Source: an uncultured Rhodopirellula sp. (lineage in GTDB: Bacteria > Planctomycetota > Planctomycetia > Pirellulales > Pirellulaceae). Taken from it: DNA of 64,000 bases. The first letter of the stretch is position 1. Each line of letters starts with the position of its first letter. A program made the position numbers and the translations under genes. The stretch is taken from assembly GCA_964007735.1 (NCBI GenBank), contig CAXGAI010000013.1, positions 1 through 64,000 on the forward strand, given 5' to 3'. Positions 29,417 to 39,624 of this stretch are shown here, in pieces. A model generated the notes under the pieces. The model searched no databases. It worked only from the letters and a program-made list of their open reading frames with translations, and was not told the origin of the DNA.

Positions 29417-30169
29417 ATGGAATACCAAATAGAATTTCGGGACGTAAGCGTCTACTACGGCAAAGACATTGCTCTGCAAGGTATCAACCTTCAAATTCCG
29501 CGCAACGAAATCTTTGGGATCATCGGCCCGGCCAACGCTGGTAAAACGACGTTCCTGAAAGCCATTAATCGAACGCTGGAATTTATTTATAGCGCCAAGA
29601 CCACAGGAGAGGTTCTGTTTGATGGAAAAGACGTCAGACAGATTCGTAATGTCTATGGTCTTCGCCGTAAAGTGGGAGTTGTATTCCCACTGCCGGTCGG
29701 CCTGCCAATGTCAATCTACGAAAATGTCGCGTATGCCCCTCGACGTTCCGGAATTCATGACAAACAGGAACTTGAAGAAATTGTGGTCCGCTGTCTTAAG
29801 CAGGCAATGCTTTGGGATGAAGTCAAAGACCGGTTACATATGCTGGGTACCAAACTTTCCGGTGGACAGCAACAACGACTAACGATCGCCCGGGCTTTGT
29901 CGCATTCACCAGATGTACTTTGTCTCGACGAATTTTCGATTGCCATTGACCCTGTGACGACCATGAAAATCGAAGATGTGCTGACAGAACTAAAGAGTGA
30001 GATGACGATCATCCTGGTTACTAATCTTGTTCAACAAGCACGCCGTTTGGCCGATCAAACAGCCTTTTTCAATAAATCAAAGCTAATCGAGGTTGGTCCG
30101 ACTGAGAAAATATTTACCAGTCCGGTCAACCAACTTACCTACGATTATGTGACAGGAGACTTTGGATAA
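29417..30169 (+). CDS. pstB: Phosphate ABC ATPase with degenerate Q-loop and H-loop
   Basis: [49 protein letters not shown]; start ATG 29417. Confidence 0.88.
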   Translation: MEYQIEFRDVSVYYGKDIALQGINLQIPRNEIFGIIGPANAGKTTFLKAINRTLEFIYSAKTTGEVLFDGKDVRQIRNVYGLRRKVGVVFPLPVGLPMSIYENVAYAPRRSGIHDKQELEEIVVRCLKQAMLWDEVKDRLHMLGTKLSGGQQQRLTIARALSHSPDVLCLDEFSIAIDPVTTMKIEDVLTELKSEMTIILVTNLVQQARRLADQTAFFNKSKLIEVGPTEKIFTSPVNQLTYDYVTGDFG

Positions 30170-30996
30170 TGTCAACAATAGCCACCGAATCTAGCACAAC
30201 ACAATACCCTCCAGTGGAAATCAGCCTAGCGGATGAATTGAGTATTCAAACGAGAGGTTTAAATCTTTGGTATGGTGACTTTCAGGCTTTGATGGATGTC
30301 TCCGTTAATATTAAGAAAGGAATTATTACGGGGCTAATCGGACCTTCCGGATGTGGTAAAACCACCCTGCTTCGATGTTTCAACCGTATTAACGAACGTT
30401 ACGGAAACGTAAGAACCACTGGCGATATCGAGATTTTAGATAAAAATATCTATGATTCAGATGTTTCTGTCCGCCAACTTCGCCGCAGCGTAGGCATGGT
30501 ATTCCAGCGACCAAATCCGCTACCAATCTCTATCTTTGACAACGTACTGTTTGGTATGGGTCTTCACGACGCTCACAAATCACTTTCAAGGAGTGAGCGC
30601 GCTGATGTTGTGGAAATGGCTCTTCGTGAAGTTGACCTCTGGAATACTGTCAAAGACCGGCTCAAGGCCCGTGCAACTACATTGACACTGGAACAACAGC
30701 AAAAACTTTGTATTGCTCGGCTGTTACCGCTCAAGCCAGACATCATTTTGATGGACGAACCCTGTAGTGCCTTGGATGCTGAAGGGATTGAAAAGGTTGA
30801 AAATCTTATTGAATCACTACGTGATGAATATACTGTGGTGATTGTAACCCACAATATGGCCCAGGCACGACGAGCGACAGACGAATGCATTTTCATGTTG
30901 CTTGGTGAGATCATTGAACATTCGAAGACCTCTGAAATGTTTCTCAATCCGCAGCATGAAAAGACGGAAATGTATATTCAGGGGCGGTATGGGTAA
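30169..30996 (+). CDS. pstB: Phosphate ABC ATPase with degenerate signature motif
   Basis: GPSGCGKT, VFQRPNPLP, LTLEQQQK in place of [31 protein letters not shown]. Confidence 0.88.
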   Translation: MSTIATESSTTQYPPVEISLADELSIQTRGLNLWYGDFQALMDVSVNIKKGIITGLIGPSGCGKTTLLRCFNRINERYGNVRTTGDIEILDKNIYDSDVSVRQLRRSVGMVFQRPNPLPISIFDNVLFGMGLHDAHKSLSRSERADVVEMALREVDLWNTVKDRLKARATTLTLEQQQKLCIARLLPLKPDIILMDEPCSALDAEGIEKVENLIESLRDEYTVVIVTHNMAQARRATDECIFMLLGEIIEHSKTSEMFLNPQHEKTEMYIQGRYG

Positions 30997-31646
30997 TGCG
31001 TAAGTTTGATCAGGAATTATCGGAACTCCATCATCAGTTGATCGAAATGGGCACCCTCGCTGAGTCGATGGTCAGTATCGTACTGAAAGCACTTGAAGAT
31101 GTGACGCTGGACATCGAGGAATCGTTACATGCCTCCGAAGATATGCTCGATGAAATGCAAAACACCATCGATAAGGAAGTGGTTCGGATCCTAACGGTCT
31201 ACTCCCCAGTCGCAACCGACTTGCGATATGTTCTGACGGTTTCCCACGTCACCTCAAGTCTCGAACGAATTGGGGACCAAACGACCAACGTGGTTAGCCT
31301 GCTACAATTAATGATGGCTCGTTCCGCAACTAAACCTGAGCCCAGAATCATCCAAATGGGGCAAGCCGTCCTGGAAATGTTACATGGTGCCATTGGTGCC
31401 TATATCAATCGCGATGAAAAAGAAGCGGAGAAGTACCGCAATCGCGATGAGTATGTAGACTCTCTTAACGATCAGATTATGCGGGAAGTTCTTAGTGAAG
31501 AGGTCGCATTGGAGGCACTCAAAGGAGAACCAAATATCGCTGGTCCGTTGGCTCAAATCCTTATCGCCCGGGCATTAGAACGCATCGGTGATCAGGCATG
31601 CAATATCTGTGATCAGGTCCCGACACTCTTAGGCGACAATCCTTAG
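30996..31646 (+). CDS. phoU: Phosphate signalling protein PhoU
   Basis: PVATDLR, and LERIGD twice. Confidence 0.92.
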   Translation: MRKFDQELSELHHQLIEMGTLAESMVSIVLKALEDVTLDIEESLHASEDMLDEMQNTIDKEVVRILTVYSPVATDLRYVLTVSHVTSSLERIGDQTTNVVSLLQLMMARSATKPEPRIIQMGQAVLEMLHGAIGAYINRDEKEAEKYRNRDEYVDSLNDQIMREVLSEEVALEALKGEPNIAGPLAQILIARALERIGDQACNICDQVPTLLGDNP

Positions 31647-31777
31647 GATGTCGCATCCATCGTACTTTGCAGTAATTGGGTGACCACTATAAACTAAGTA
31701 GTAACGACTCACATACGTTACTTTTAAGACCGCTGGAAAGGTGCGCTTCTTGCCTTATCTTCAGCGGAGATACTCCG

Positions 31778-32470
31778 ATGGCAAAACAAACTATATGCAT
31801 CATTGAAGACGAGCCCGAGCTTCAGGAAATATTAACTTACAATCTTGAATCGATCGGGTATGTTGTCCATGTCTATGATCATGGCACTCGAGGTCTGGAA
31901 GCTGTTCAACGTCTGATTCCGGATATCATCCTGCTAGACATCATGCTACCCGGGATGGACGGGCTCGAAATCTGCCGACATTTGCGCAGTAACAAATCCA
32001 CTAAACGAATTCCTATCGTGATGCTAACCGCCAAGAGTGAGGAGGTCGACCAACTTGTCGGCTTCCAAATGGGCGCTGATGACTATGTGACGAAACCGTT
32101 TAAAATGCGTGTCTTGATCGAACGTATCAAATCGCTTTTACGCCGTGCCAATCAATCATCAGATGATGACTCGCAAGTGCTCAGTTCTAACGGGATTATG
32201 CTTGATCGATTGCAATTCCGAGTAACTATTGATGGTGAATCCGTCACCCTCACTCCCACTGAATTCGATTTACTCTGGCAACTCATGGAACATCCGGGGC
32301 GGGCCTATAAACGATACGATTTAATGGATGCCGTCATGGGGGATGACACTGTGGTCTTAGAACGTACCATTGACGTTCATATTCGAGCTCTTCGTAAGAA
32401 AATGGGGGGCAAAGCGGATTTGATTGAGACGGTCCGAGGTATAGGCTATCGACTTAAAAGCAACTACTAA
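31778..32470 (+). CDS. phoB: OmpR-family response regulator PhoB/PhoP
   Basis: IIEDE, LLDIMLPGMDG, GADDYVTKPF, RTIDVHIRALRKK, TVRGIGY; start ATG 31778 after GGAGA; pst context. Confidence 0.88.
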   Translation: MAKQTICIIEDEPELQEILTYNLESIGYVVHVYDHGTRGLEAVQRLIPDIILLDIMLPGMDGLEICRHLRSNKSTKRIPIVMLTAKSEEVDQLVGFQMGADDYVTKPFKMRVLIERIKSLLRRANQSSDDDSQVLSSNGIMLDRLQFRVTIDGESVTLTPTEFDLLWQLMEHPGRAYKRYDLMDAVMGDDTVVLERTIDVHIRALRKKMGGKADLIETVRGIGYRLKSNY

Positions 32471-32498
32471 ACACTGATCACAAATTTCGTACATTCTA

Positions 32499-34295
32499 AT
32501 GCTCACCTCCCGTCTTTTTTGGAAACCCTTCGTTTATTTCTCAGCACTGATTGTGCTCGTGGGGTTAATTGGAGGTTACACCACCTCTCGCTGGCAAAAA
32601 GAACAGTTAACCGATCAATTAAAACAACGTCTTCGAAACACCGCTATCTCGCTGGAAGATGTTACTAAGAAATCGTTATTGTCGGGCGAATTTGAGAATT
32701 TACAGCAGGTTATTCAGGATATTAGAACCCTGACAACAACACGAATTACCGTGGTAGCTCTGGATGGTGTGGTATACGCTGATACTCATAAAAACCCCAA
32801 TAAAATGGAGAACCATTCTAACCGGGACGAATTAATTCAGGCCCTTCGCAACCGCGAAGGAGATAGTCAGCGTTACAGTGACACTCTGAATATCAGCATG
32901 CTCTATTATGCCTTTCGAATTCAGCATCAAGGCAAGACCTTAGGTTGTGTTCGCTGTGCACTGAGTACCTCTCAGATCGATATTCAGGTGGCGGATATTC
33001 AAGCCCGTATCGCGGAATTGGTTTTTATCGTGGTCATCATGGGATTGATTATCACCGGTCTGGTTATCTTCCGCATGACACGACCGGTCGTTCGGTTAAT
33101 TGAAGAAGCTCGGGAACTAACCACGGCTCAACTTGGTCAAACCATTGGCCACGGATTTGATGATGAGATTTCGGAGTTGGGACGTTTACTTAACGAATTG
33201 AGTAGTGCGTTGGCTGACCGAATGGCACAACTTGAACAGAACCATCATGAACTACTGACAGTCCTTGAGGGTATGGACGAAGGCGTCATCGCGGTCGATA
33301 AAAACGAACGCATACGTTTTGCCAATGAAGCTGTCTGTGAAATGTTTGCTCTGGATCTCGAGCGAGACCAAGGCCGACCTATCTGGGAGGTCATTCGCAA
33401 CCAAATGGTTGAGGCTATTATTAATCAAGCCAAAAAAACAAATGCACACTTCCGGGGTGAAATCGAATTATTAGGGCCGCCCACCCGCTATCTGGCATTA
33501 AATGCTTCGGCTATTCCAACCGAGGAGGATGATGATTTTGGTGTAATCATTGTGATGCATGACATTACGGAAGTCCGTCGGCTGGAAAATTTACGACGCG
33601 ACTTTGTTGCCAATGTATCGCATGAATTAAAAACGCCCCTAGCCTCCATCCAGGCATATGCCGAAACCCTAATTGACGGTGCCATCGAGGATCAGAACAA
33701 CAACCGTACTTTTCTGGGGAGAATCGTCGAGCAGTCTGAACGTCTGAATATGTTGATTCAGGATTTATTAAGTATTGCCCGAGTCGAGTCCAACACACAA
33801 GCCAATGAGTATACCGTCATCAATATTGCTGAGGTCCTTGATAGCTGTATTAAGTATCACCAACCCCGTGCCAGGAAAAAGGAGATAGCTCTCGAAGTGC
33901 TGGCTCCCGGTGAAGTAATGGTCTTTGGAGAAACGGAAGGGTTTCGACAAATCCTGGATAACCTCATAGACAATGCCATTAAATACACGCCGGAAAGAGG
34001 ACGGGTCCAGATTGATATAAAAACACAAGATGAGCAAGTATTCCTGCGAGTGCACGACAGTGGTATCGGAATCTCAAAAGACCATCAGCAACGCATTTTT
34101 GAGCGATTCTATCGCGTTGATAAAGCCAGGTCCCGCGAATTAGGGGGAACAGGGCTGGGGCTATCTATCGTGAAGCATCTGGTGAATGCGTTTGGTGGGA
34201 CCGTCGATGTTACCAGTAATCCAGACGAAGGCACGGCCTTTCTTGTAACCTTACCATTGGCTGGAAGCGGACAGGCCACTGTCTCGGTAGGCTAA
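32499..34295 (+). CDS. phoR: Sensor histidine kinase PhoR (TM-sensor-HAMP-PAS-HisKA-HATPase)
   Basis: RRDFVANVSHELKTPL, NLIDNAIKY, IFERFYRVDKARSRELGGTGLGLSIVKH. Confidence 0.92.
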   Translation: MLTSRLFWKPFVYFSALIVLVGLIGGYTTSRWQKEQLTDQLKQRLRNTAISLEDVTKKSLLSGEFENLQQVIQDIRTLTTTRITVVALDGVVYADTHKNPNKMENHSNRDELIQALRNREGDSQRYSDTLNISMLYYAFRIQHQGKTLGCVRCALSTSQIDIQVADIQARIAELVFIVVIMGLIITGLVIFRMTRPVVRLIEEARELTTAQLGQTIGHGFDDEISELGRLLNELSSALADRMAQLEQNHHELLTVLEGMDEGVIAVDKNERIRFANEAVCEMFALDLERDQGRPIWEVIRNQMVEAIINQAKKTNAHFRGEIELLGPPTRYLALNASAIPTEEDDDFGVIIVMHDITEVRRLENLRRDFVANVSHELKTPLASIQAYAETLIDGAIEDQNNNRTFLGRIVEQSERLNMLIQDLLSIARVESNTQANEYTVINIAEVLDSCIKYHQPRARKKEIALEVLAPGEVMVFGETEGFRQILDNLIDNAIKYTPERGRVQIDIKTQDEQVFLRVHDSGIGISKDHQQRIFERFYRVDKARSRELGGTGLGLSIVKHLVNAFGGTVDVTSNPDEGTAFLVTLPLAGSGQATVSVG

Positions 34296-34383
34296 GTATT
34301 TTCGTCATTGTCAGAATCCACTCTGTCGCTCATAATCTGCTGATTGAATTCCTCCCCCTTTCCCCCTTCCGGAATCCCCACTG

Positions 34384-35622
34384 TTGTCTTTCGCAGTTTC
34401 TTCATCAGAATCCGCCACCGAGAATAAACTCTATGACCGATCATTCCTGTTGGCCTTCTTCAGTCAGGTATTGTTTGTTCCGGCCAATGCAGCTTTAGTG
34501 CACTATGCCGAATGGGTCCAGTTCCTTTACCAAGGGGATCAGGAGAAAGCCCTACTTGAATTAGGGTATATCACTTCTTTTGGGGCTATCCTGGGATTCG
34601 TTTCAAGGCCCTGGCTGGGACAATTAATTAATCGTTTCGGATCGAGATTAATCTGGATCATCGGATACCTGCTCTTTATCACCGGCTTCATGGGGAACCT
34701 GTGGATCTCAGAAGTCAATTGGGGTATTTATGCGTTACGCGGAATCATGTTTCTTGGCGTCGGCTGTATCTTCACCAGTTCGATCACATACATCACACTG
34801 ACGACTCCCGAACAACGCCGCACCGAAGCCATCGGAATTCTTGGCGTGGGCGGCTTTATTGGCTTTCTCATCGGACCGATGATCGGGGAAATCGTATTAG
34901 GCGGTGCACCGGGAGAGGCCGAATTTAACCAATACTTTTGGATGGGCTCGGTCTGCGTATTAATCTCTATGTCGCTTTTGTTCTTCATGCCTTCCCCCCC
35001 CGGAAACGTGAAAGCGGGATCACTTTCACTCGTCCAATTCATCAAGACATGTCAGAAATACTGGCCCGGCAGTATTGTGTTTATCAATATGGCTTTTGGC
35101 CTTTCCATGACGGTCCCGTTGCATTTGCTTAAGAAATTCGTCCTCGACGAGAACTTGAACGAGGCGATGGTCGGTGAGTTGGGCATCATTACCGTCTTTT
35201 ATATGGTCTATGCCGGATGGGGCATGACGATCAGGATTCTTCTGAAGAAAGCTCCGGACCGAATTGGACGGCGAAAGGTTTTATGCGTCGGATTAACCTC
35301 GATGGTACTAGGTTTTTGTGGATACTGTACAGTCTCGGCGTCATCTATGTGGATGATTTTACTGCCGGCATTTTTGTGTGGTACCGGCCATGGTCTGACT
35401 TATCACTGTATGACGGCATTGTCTTTACAAACATTTCCCACAGAAAACCGGGGAACCGGAACGGCTCTATCCCTCATGGCCTTTGATTTCGGGGCTGTGG
35501 TTGGAATGCCAATCATGGCGAGACTTGTCGTATGGCAAGGCTACAATACGATGTTCCTAACCGTGGCTGCCACGGTGGCTGTTATCTCGATCATCTACTT
35601 CAAGCAAAACGGGATTCGTTAG
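34384..35622 (+). CDS. MFS transporter
   Basis: 12 hydrophobic segments; GQLINRFGSR and DRIGRRK motif-A variants. Confidence 0.85.
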   Translation: MSFAVSSSESATENKLYDRSFLLAFFSQVLFVPANAALVHYAEWVQFLYQGDQEKALLELGYITSFGAILGFVSRPWLGQLINRFGSRLIWIIGYLLFITGFMGNLWISEVNWGIYALRGIMFLGVGCIFTSSITYITLTTPEQRRTEAIGILGVGGFIGFLIGPMIGEIVLGGAPGEAEFNQYFWMGSVCVLISMSLLFFMPSPPGNVKAGSLSLVQFIKTCQKYWPGSIVFINMAFGLSMTVPLHLLKKFVLDENLNEAMVGELGIITVFYMVYAGWGMTIRILLKKAPDRIGRRKVLCVGLTSMVLGFCGYCTVSASSMWMILLPAFLCGTGHGLTYHCMTALSLQTFPTENRGTGTALSLMAFDFGAVVGMPIMARLVVWQGYNTMFLTVAATVAVISIIYFKQNGIR

Positions 35623-35660
35623 TACTTAATCCCTGTGCTTGGTAACGTACAATATTGGGT

Positions 35661-36278
35661 ATGGCAAAACTCTATTTCTACTATTCCACGATGAACGCCG
35701 GCAAATCCACGATGATGTTGCAAGCAAGTTACAACTATCAGGAACGTGGTATGCAAACTCTGCTCCTGGCACCAGACATCGACAATCGTGATGGGGACAA
35801 CATCATCTCCTCCCGGATCGGATTGAGTGCTCCGGCAATATCATTCCATACTGCCGATAATCTTTATTCCCTGATTCTAAGTATTGGCCGTAAGCAAACG
35901 GTCGATTGCATCTTCATCGACGAAGCTCAGTTTCTCGAAAAACAGCAGGTGAAGCAACTTTCCGATGTGACTGACGAGCTAGATATTCCGGTACTATGTT
36001 ATGGCCTGAGAACAGACTTTCAGGGAAATCTATTTACCGGTAGCGAACAACTACTCGCCTGGGCTGATGAACTTACAGAGATTAAGACCATATGCCACTG
36101 CGGCAGAAAAGCGAATATGGTGCTGCGAATCGATGCCGATGGAAACGTCATTAAGCAGGGCGCTCAGATTAAGATCGGTGGCAATGATGATTATATTTCA
36201 GTATGCCGAAAATGCTTTAAAAGTGGCATGATTAAACGGCGTAACGACGAATTAATGCTGGAGGGATTTGATGAGTAG
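35661..36278 (+). CDS. tdk: Thymidine kinase
   Basis: [44 protein letters not shown]. Confidence 0.95.
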   Translation: MAKLYFYYSTMNAGKSTMMLQASYNYQERGMQTLLLAPDIDNRDGDNIISSRIGLSAPAISFHTADNLYSLILSIGRKQTVDCIFIDEAQFLEKQQVKQLSDVTDELDIPVLCYGLRTDFQGNLFTGSEQLLAWADELTEIKTICHCGRKANMVLRIDADGNVIKQGAQIKIGGNDDYISVCRKCFKSGMIKRRNDELMLEGFDE

Positions 36279-37044
36279 CTTAGCAGGTCGTAATGTCCTC
36301 GTGACAGGTTCCACTCAGGGAGTCGGGCAGGCTATTGTTATCGCAGCAGCCAAAGCCGGTGCCAATGTTGTCATTCATGGATTACATGCAGATGATTCTG
36401 CCAAAGAAACAAGGCGGACTTGTTTAGAAACCGGAGTGGATGCCCAGTTGGTGACCGGTGATCTTACCGACAGTCAAGGCGTTCAGGATATATTTGATGC
36501 TGCTCTTCGGGCCAATCCAGAGATCGACACGCTGGTCAATAATGCTGGAACTTATCTTGATGTTCCGTTTATAGAAATGGAATATGAGCACTTCGACAAA
36601 ACAATGCGCCTTAATGTTTACGCTTATTTTTTCCTGACCCAATACTTTGCACGGCATTGGATCACACACAGTACAGCCGGTCGGGTGTTGATGATTGGAT
36701 CCATTAATGGCCGACTTGCCGAAGATGTCCATACCGCCTACGATACCTCCAAAGGCGGTGTAGAAATGATGGTAAAATCCGTAGCTGTCTCGCTGGCAAA
36801 ACATAACATACGTGTGAATGGTCTGGCTCCCGGATTATTTTATACGCCACTGACCGCTAAGGCATTGGACGATCCGGAGTTTATGCACTGGATGCAACAA
36901 CATACGCCTAATGGTGATGTGCCCGGTCCGGAAGTGTGTGGAGAATCCGCCATCTACCTGCTCAGTGATGCTGCTAAGCATGTCTGCGGCCACATGTTGA
37001 TGGTCGATGGCGGCATGAGCGTTTGGCAACAACCTGATCCATAA
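36271..37044 (+). CDS. SDR oxidoreductase (glucose/gluconate dehydrogenase-like)
   Basis: [29 protein letters not shown]. Confidence 0.88.
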   Translation: MSSLAGRNVLVTGSTQGVGQAIVIAAAKAGANVVIHGLHADDSAKETRRTCLETGVDAQLVTGDLTDSQGVQDIFDAALRANPEIDTLVNNAGTYLDVPFIEMEYEHFDKTMRLNVYAYFFLTQYFARHWITHSTAGRVLMIGSINGRLAEDVHTAYDTSKGGVEMMVKSVAVSLAKHNIRVNGLAPGLFYTPLTAKALDDPEFMHWMQQHTPNGDVPGPEVCGESAIYLLSDAAKHVCGHMLMVDGGMSVWQQPDP

Positions 37045-37055
37045 AGGATAGTTTA

Positions 37056-37565
37056 ATGACGATAAACCTTTCTCTTCGAAATGCACAGGGCCATGAAGTC
37101 CTGTTGAACTCGCTGTGGCAGGATTCAACGGTAGCCTTCTACTTCCTACGCCATATCGGCTGAGTATTCTGCCGAGAGCAGATGGTCAATCTGCAGCAGC
37201 AACAAAAACAATTCGACGATGCTCAGATTAAAACGGTCGTCGTTGTCATGGCGGAGCCCGAGCAGGCCTCGGCTCTCATTGAGAAATATGGGCTGACCTA
37301 TCTCGTTTTATGTGACCCTCAACAGACGGCCTATCAATATTTTGAAATTCCTCAGGGGCGTCCAATGCAATATGTGGGCCCCAAAACCTGGCTTTCTGGT
37401 TTACGAGCGATGATCCGTGGGGGCATCGGGAAACCATCTTACGACATCAAACAAATGCACGGCACCGTCGTGATTAACTCTTCAGGCACGGTAATATACA
37501 GGCATCTTGGTCGCCATTCTGCCGACTACACCCCGTTGGAAGATGTGCTTTCGACAACAAAGTAA
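37056..37565 (+). CDS. Probable selenoprotein: AhpC/TSA-2 (PRXL2/SelU-like) peroxiredoxin-like protein with UxxC, 169 aa
   Basis: ATG 37056 (AAGGA RBS) reads MTINLSLRNAQGHEVLLNSLWQDSTVAFYFLRHIG-[TGA 37161-37163]-VFCREQM in frame with track ORF 37182-37565. The family motif is RHxGCxFCR. Confidence 0.85.
37164..37199 (+). promoter_or_regulatory. Bacterial SECIS-like hairpin
   Basis: Stem GCAGAT (37178-83)/ATCTGC (37189-94), loop GGTCA, extendable lower CTGC/GCAG pairing; the loop lies ~20 nt after UGA. Confidence 0.6.
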
Positions 37566-37650
37566 GTCACCATTTAGAATTGCGCATTGCCAGACCTGAA
37601 GCTCTCGAACATAATCCTACTTTCCCCTTCCTGCCTGCCACAAGCCAATC

Positions 37651-38388
37651 ATGTACGACCTCATTATTAGCGATATCGACGGCTGTCTGTCGCCTGAAGA
37701 TTCCTCTCCACTAAGCATCGAAAAATTAAATCTCGTTGCTGAGCACAACCGTCTGGCATTTTCCCAACACGATCGCCCTAAACTTACACTATGCACAGGA
37801 CGTCCTATTCCATTTGCGGAGGGGCTTTGCCGGTTACTACAAAACCCAAGTGTGCCCTGCGTCGCAGAAAATGGCGTCTGGCTGTACGACCCATCGTGCA
37901 ATGGCTACCTGATGGACCCCTCTATTACCGAGAAACAACTGGAAATGGTACATGAAGCGGAACTCTTTTCACTCAAGACGTATCGTAAAGATGGTGTGAC
38001 GCTTCAACCCGGCAAGTCGGCCTCGGTCACGCTTTATCACCCGGATCCGAAAGTATTGCAACGTCTGGCGCCTGAACTGCAACAACAGTTTGATCAGCAC
38101 GGATTTGAATTTCGAGTTTCTCTCACATTGTTCTATATTAATTGCGATCTCCCACAGATCACGAAAGCCTCCGGCATTGATCGCTTACTGGAAGTCACAG
38201 GTATCGATCCTTCTCGGACGGCTGGAATTGGTGACACCAGCAGTGATCTGGCCATTGCTGAACGTGTCAAAACATTTGGCTGTCCAGCCAATGCCATTGA
38301 GTCGGTTAAACAAGCCGCTCACTTTATTTCTGAACATGAACAAATTGATGGCGTACTCGATTTCATGCAATTCTTAATGGATCAGTAA
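37651..38388 (+). CDS. HAD-superfamily hydrolase (Cof/IIB type)
   Basis: SDIDGC, CTGRP, AENG, TKASG, GIGDTSSD, PANA. Confidence 0.88.
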   Translation: MYDLIISDIDGCLSPEDSSPLSIEKLNLVAEHNRLAFSQHDRPKLTLCTGRPIPFAEGLCRLLQNPSVPCVAENGVWLYDPSCNGYLMDPSITEKQLEMVHEAELFSLKTYRKDGVTLQPGKSASVTLYHPDPKVLQRLAPELQQQFDQHGFEFRVSLTLFYINCDLPQITKASGIDRLLEVTGIDPSRTAGIGDTSSDLAIAERVKTFGCPANAIESVKQAAHFISEHEQIDGVLDFMQFLMDQ

Positions 38389-38394
38389 GCAACC

Positions 38395-39624
38395 ATGGCA
38401 AACAATGCCCGAATTGCAATCCAACTACTCATCGTCTTGTGTGTAGCACATTTGACCGTGGATATTCTTGCTACCACTACCGTCAGTTTGTTACCCAGCA
38501 TGGAAACACATCTTGGGTTGGAAAAAGGTGGTTTTCTGATCGGCTACATTATCTGGCGGGTTGCCGACAGTTGTGGGCAAATGTGTTTCGGATACTTAGG
38601 TGACCGAATTCGAATCAAGGCAATCATCTGGGCGGGCCCGCTATTTTCTTTGTTCTGTTTTTCATTTATTGGTTATGTGAATACGCCCGTCAGCATGACG
38701 TTGTTATTAATGTGTGGAGGGATGGGCGTAGCTGCCTTTCATCCGGAGGCCGCCACGATGGCTGGAAACCTCTCACCTAACAACAGAAATAGATGGCTCG
38801 CTCTATTTGCACTCTCCGGCTATCTTGGTCAGGCTGTAGGCCCTGCTTATGGAGGATCAATTTCTGATAAATTTGGCTTGCAGGGACTGACCAACAATTT
38901 CTATTGGTGCCTGCCGGCATTAACCATCGTGGGGATTTGTCTGCATTGGTTTTCATCTAAACAGGCCAAAGCTCCGTTGGAATCGGGGGAAACGAAAGCA
39001 ATCAACCAATCAACCTCGTATCGAACGGCTCCCAGGGGACAAATGGTACTCCTGTTCGTTGGTGGTGTTTTCCGCGTGATGCCTGCATTGGGAATTCCCA
39101 TTGTCATGTCCTATATCCTGATTGGTGAAAGTGACACGATTAAAGGGACGGTAGCAAGTTACTTCATGGCTGGATTAGGAATCGGGGGTATTGCCTGTGC
39201 CTTCGGATTTGGCGGTAAACGCCAGCGACTTACACTGTGGCTTCCCGCGCTGCTTACTACAGTACCAGTCGCGATGATTGGTTACGCCAGTATCGAACCA
39301 TGGTTCCATCTATTTGGCGATATTCCATTTGGCGAGCTGTTTTTACTCGCTTTGATTTCCGGCGTGCTGCAAGGAGTCGCAATGCCAATTTTTATTAGCT
39401 ATGCGCAACAGATCATGCCCGCAGGACAACGTTTTGCGAGTTCCTTGACAATGGGCGTCACCTGGGGAACCGGCACCCTCATATTTTATGGGGCGATGGC
39501 CTTTTTCAACTGGCTTGAAAACCTACAGGGTATCTTTTGGTTCTTCTCGGCAGGCTGTATTGTTTGTGCAATCTGCAGCTATTTATTGCGACCGATTTCA
39601 GACTACGAGCTTTCCTCTAACTAA
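38395..39624 (+). CDS. MFS transporter (Fsr-like)
   Basis: HLTVD, GYLGDR, GVAAFHPEA; 12 TM segments. Confidence 0.85.
   Translation: MANNARIAIQLLIVLCVAHLTVDILATTTVSLLPSMETHLGLEKGGFLIGYIIWRVADSCGQMCFGYLGDRIRIKAIIWAGPLFSLFCFSFIGYVNTPVSMTLLLMCGGMGVAAFHPEAATMAGNLSPNNRNRWLALFALSGYLGQAVGPAYGGSISDKFGLQGLTNNFYWCLPALTIVGICLHWFSSKQAKAPLESGETKAINQSTSYRTAPRGQMVLLFVGGVFRVMPALGIPIVMSYILIGESDTIKGTVASYFMAGLGIGGIACAFGFGGKRQRLTLWLPALLTTVPVAMIGYASIEPWFHLFGDIPFGELFLLALISGVLQGVAMPIFISYAQQIMPAGQRFASSLTMGVTWGTGTLIFYGAMAFFNWLENLQGIFWFFSAGCIVCAICSYLLRPISDYELSSN

Noticed and set aside
37056..37565. Calling the two peroxiredoxin genes pseudogenes
   Set aside because: RBS, start and both flanks are intact, and each stop sits precisely at the redox residue with a downstream hairpin. 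This cannot be fully excluded without seeing sel genes, which are not in this window.
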